DNA of 64,000 nt from an uncultured Rivularia sp. Lineage in GTDB: Bacteria > Cyanobacteriota > Cyanobacteriia > Cyanobacteriales > Nostocaceae. The notes beneath the pieces are model-generated. The model saw nothing but the letters and a program-made list of their open reading frames with translations, made no database searches and had not been told where the DNA came from. The translations under genes and the position numbers were made by a program. Each line of letters begins with the position of its first letter. Position 1 is the first letter of the stretch. Where the stretch lies: the NCBI GenBank assembly GCA_963665115.1, contig OY762007.1, positions 3,264,001-3,328,000 on the forward strand, given 5' to 3'. Positions 62,879-64,000 of the stretch are shown here, in pieces.

Positions 62879-64000
62879 CTAAGATAACAAAACACTTAAG
62901 TCTAAATAGCGTTCTACATTTACAGCTAAAGAATCTAATAATTTTTCTCTTTGTTCGCGGTAGTTAGGAACACCTGTAGGTAGAGATTTCAAACCACGTT
63001 GCTGACGCAGACGATTTAACCAAGCGCGTCGCCAGGGACCGTTATCAAACATACCGTGAAGATAGGTACCCCATACGGATTGACACTTATCCACTAAACC
63101 TAAATTAACATCGTCAAATAAAGCCTCAAAACCTTGAGCGGCGGGACCTTGTGTTTCAATTCGCGAACGTCCTTGATGAATTTCAAAGCCGTGAACTGGT
63201 AAGCCTGCTTGAGGAAAATTAGAGGTTACTTGTCGCTGTCGAGCAATTTTTTGTCCTGTAATTACGCTTTTAACAGGTAGTAATCCCAAACCTCCAAATC
63301 TACCAGCCTGCCCTTCTATCCCCTCTGGATCGGCTATCATCTGACCTAAAATTTGAAACCCACCACAGATTCCTAATACCGTACCGCCAGCAGCAGCATA
63401 ATTTTGAATTTGTTCGGCCATTCCCGTTCTTTGCAGTAGCAATAAGTCAGGTATTGTCGTTTTTGTACCTGGGAGAATTACCGCATCTGGATGTCCTAAC
63501 TCATGCTTTGGACTTAGGTATTTAACTCCAACGCTAGGTTCTGATTCGAGAGGATCGAAATCAGTAAAATTGGCTATGCGCGGTAATTTAACTACTGAAA
63601 TATTTAGTTCGCCATTAAATTTACGGGGTTTTCTTTCCAGCAAATCGAGCGAATCTTCAGCAGGAAATACTTGTTCTAAGTAAGGGATAACTCCTACAAC
63701 CGGAATCCCAGTCCTTTCTTCCAACCATTTAATTCCCGGTTCCAATATCGAACGCTGTCCCCGGAATTTATTAATGACGATACCCTTTATCAAAGCTCTT
63801 TCGTCTGGCTCTAATAATTCTAAAGTACCTACGACGTGAGCGAATGCTCCACCACGTTCTATGTCAACTACTAATAGAGTCATAGCATTTAAATGCTTGG
63901 CAACTCTCATATTAGTTAAGTCGCGGTGTTTGAGATTGATTTCCGCAGGGCTGCCAGCACCTTCGCAAACTAATAAATCAAATTCCGTTCCTAAATTATG
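62879..64000 (-). CDS. cobQ: cobyric acid synthase (5'-truncated by window edge)
   Basis: EGAGSPAEINL upstream of the track start, DIERGG.FAH, INKFRG, NFTDFDPL, LPGTK, GICGGFQ, GFEIHQG, GTYLHG. Confidence 0.96.
   Translation of the reverse strand, partial: HNLGTEFDLLVCEGAGSPAEINLKHRDLTNMRVAKHLNAMTLLVVDIERGGAFAHVVGTLELLEPDERALIKGIVINKFRGQRSILEPGIKWLEERTGIPVVGVIPYLEQVFPAEDSLDLLERKPRKFNGELNISVVKLPRIANFTDFDPLESEPSVGVKYLSPKHELGHPDAVILPGTKTTIPDLLLLQRTGMAEQIQNYAAAGGTVLGICGGFQILGQMIADPEGIEGQAGRFGGLGLLPVKSVITGQKIARQRQVTSNFPQAGLPVHGFEIHQGRSRIETQGPAAQGFEALFDDVNLGLVDKCQSVWGTYLHGMFDNGPWRRAWLNRLRQQRGLKSLPTGVPNYREQREKLLDSLAVNVERYLDLSVLLS

Overview
64 kb of AT-rich chromosome from a filamentous, probably heterocyst-forming cyanobacterium (Nostocales-like). 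Evidence for this: frequent HIP1 octamers GCGATCGC (e.g. 215, 2089, 5273, 7622, 17041), heptamer STRR arrays, a HetP-family gene, zds, and a sufR-sufBCDS locus. Most genes are housekeeping (dxs, mtnA, moeA, ndbB-like, comA-like PLD/HhH, 7TM-HD phosphodiesterase, aroQ, topA, rbp, suf, Cu-ATPase, iscA, zds, cobQ), interspersed with small accessory modules (two type II TA pairs, Uma2, TPR, TM2, small dispersed repeats/MITEs, a probable IS200/IS605 remnant). At least seven genes, including essential dxs, are split by single-base indels in short homopolymers, most likely assembly errors. No rRNA, tRNA, CRISPR array or prophage was found. Main highlights: (1) a DUF11 / giant outer-membrane barrel / Gly-rich DUF11 operon preceded by a GGDEF gene, which looks like an uncharacterised surface-protein export system whose barrel carries a SprA-like motif; (2) an NtcA-like site plus glutamine riboswitch upstream of a DUF4278-PirA-like fusion; (3) a parDE cassette flanked by a duplicated 3' end of the comA-like gene; (4) a multi-stem RNA leader on iscA; (5) a TIM barrel with the full endonuclease IV/DUF692-type ligand pattern; (6) two unannotated small genes. 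All family assignments come from motif recognition by eye, not database searches.
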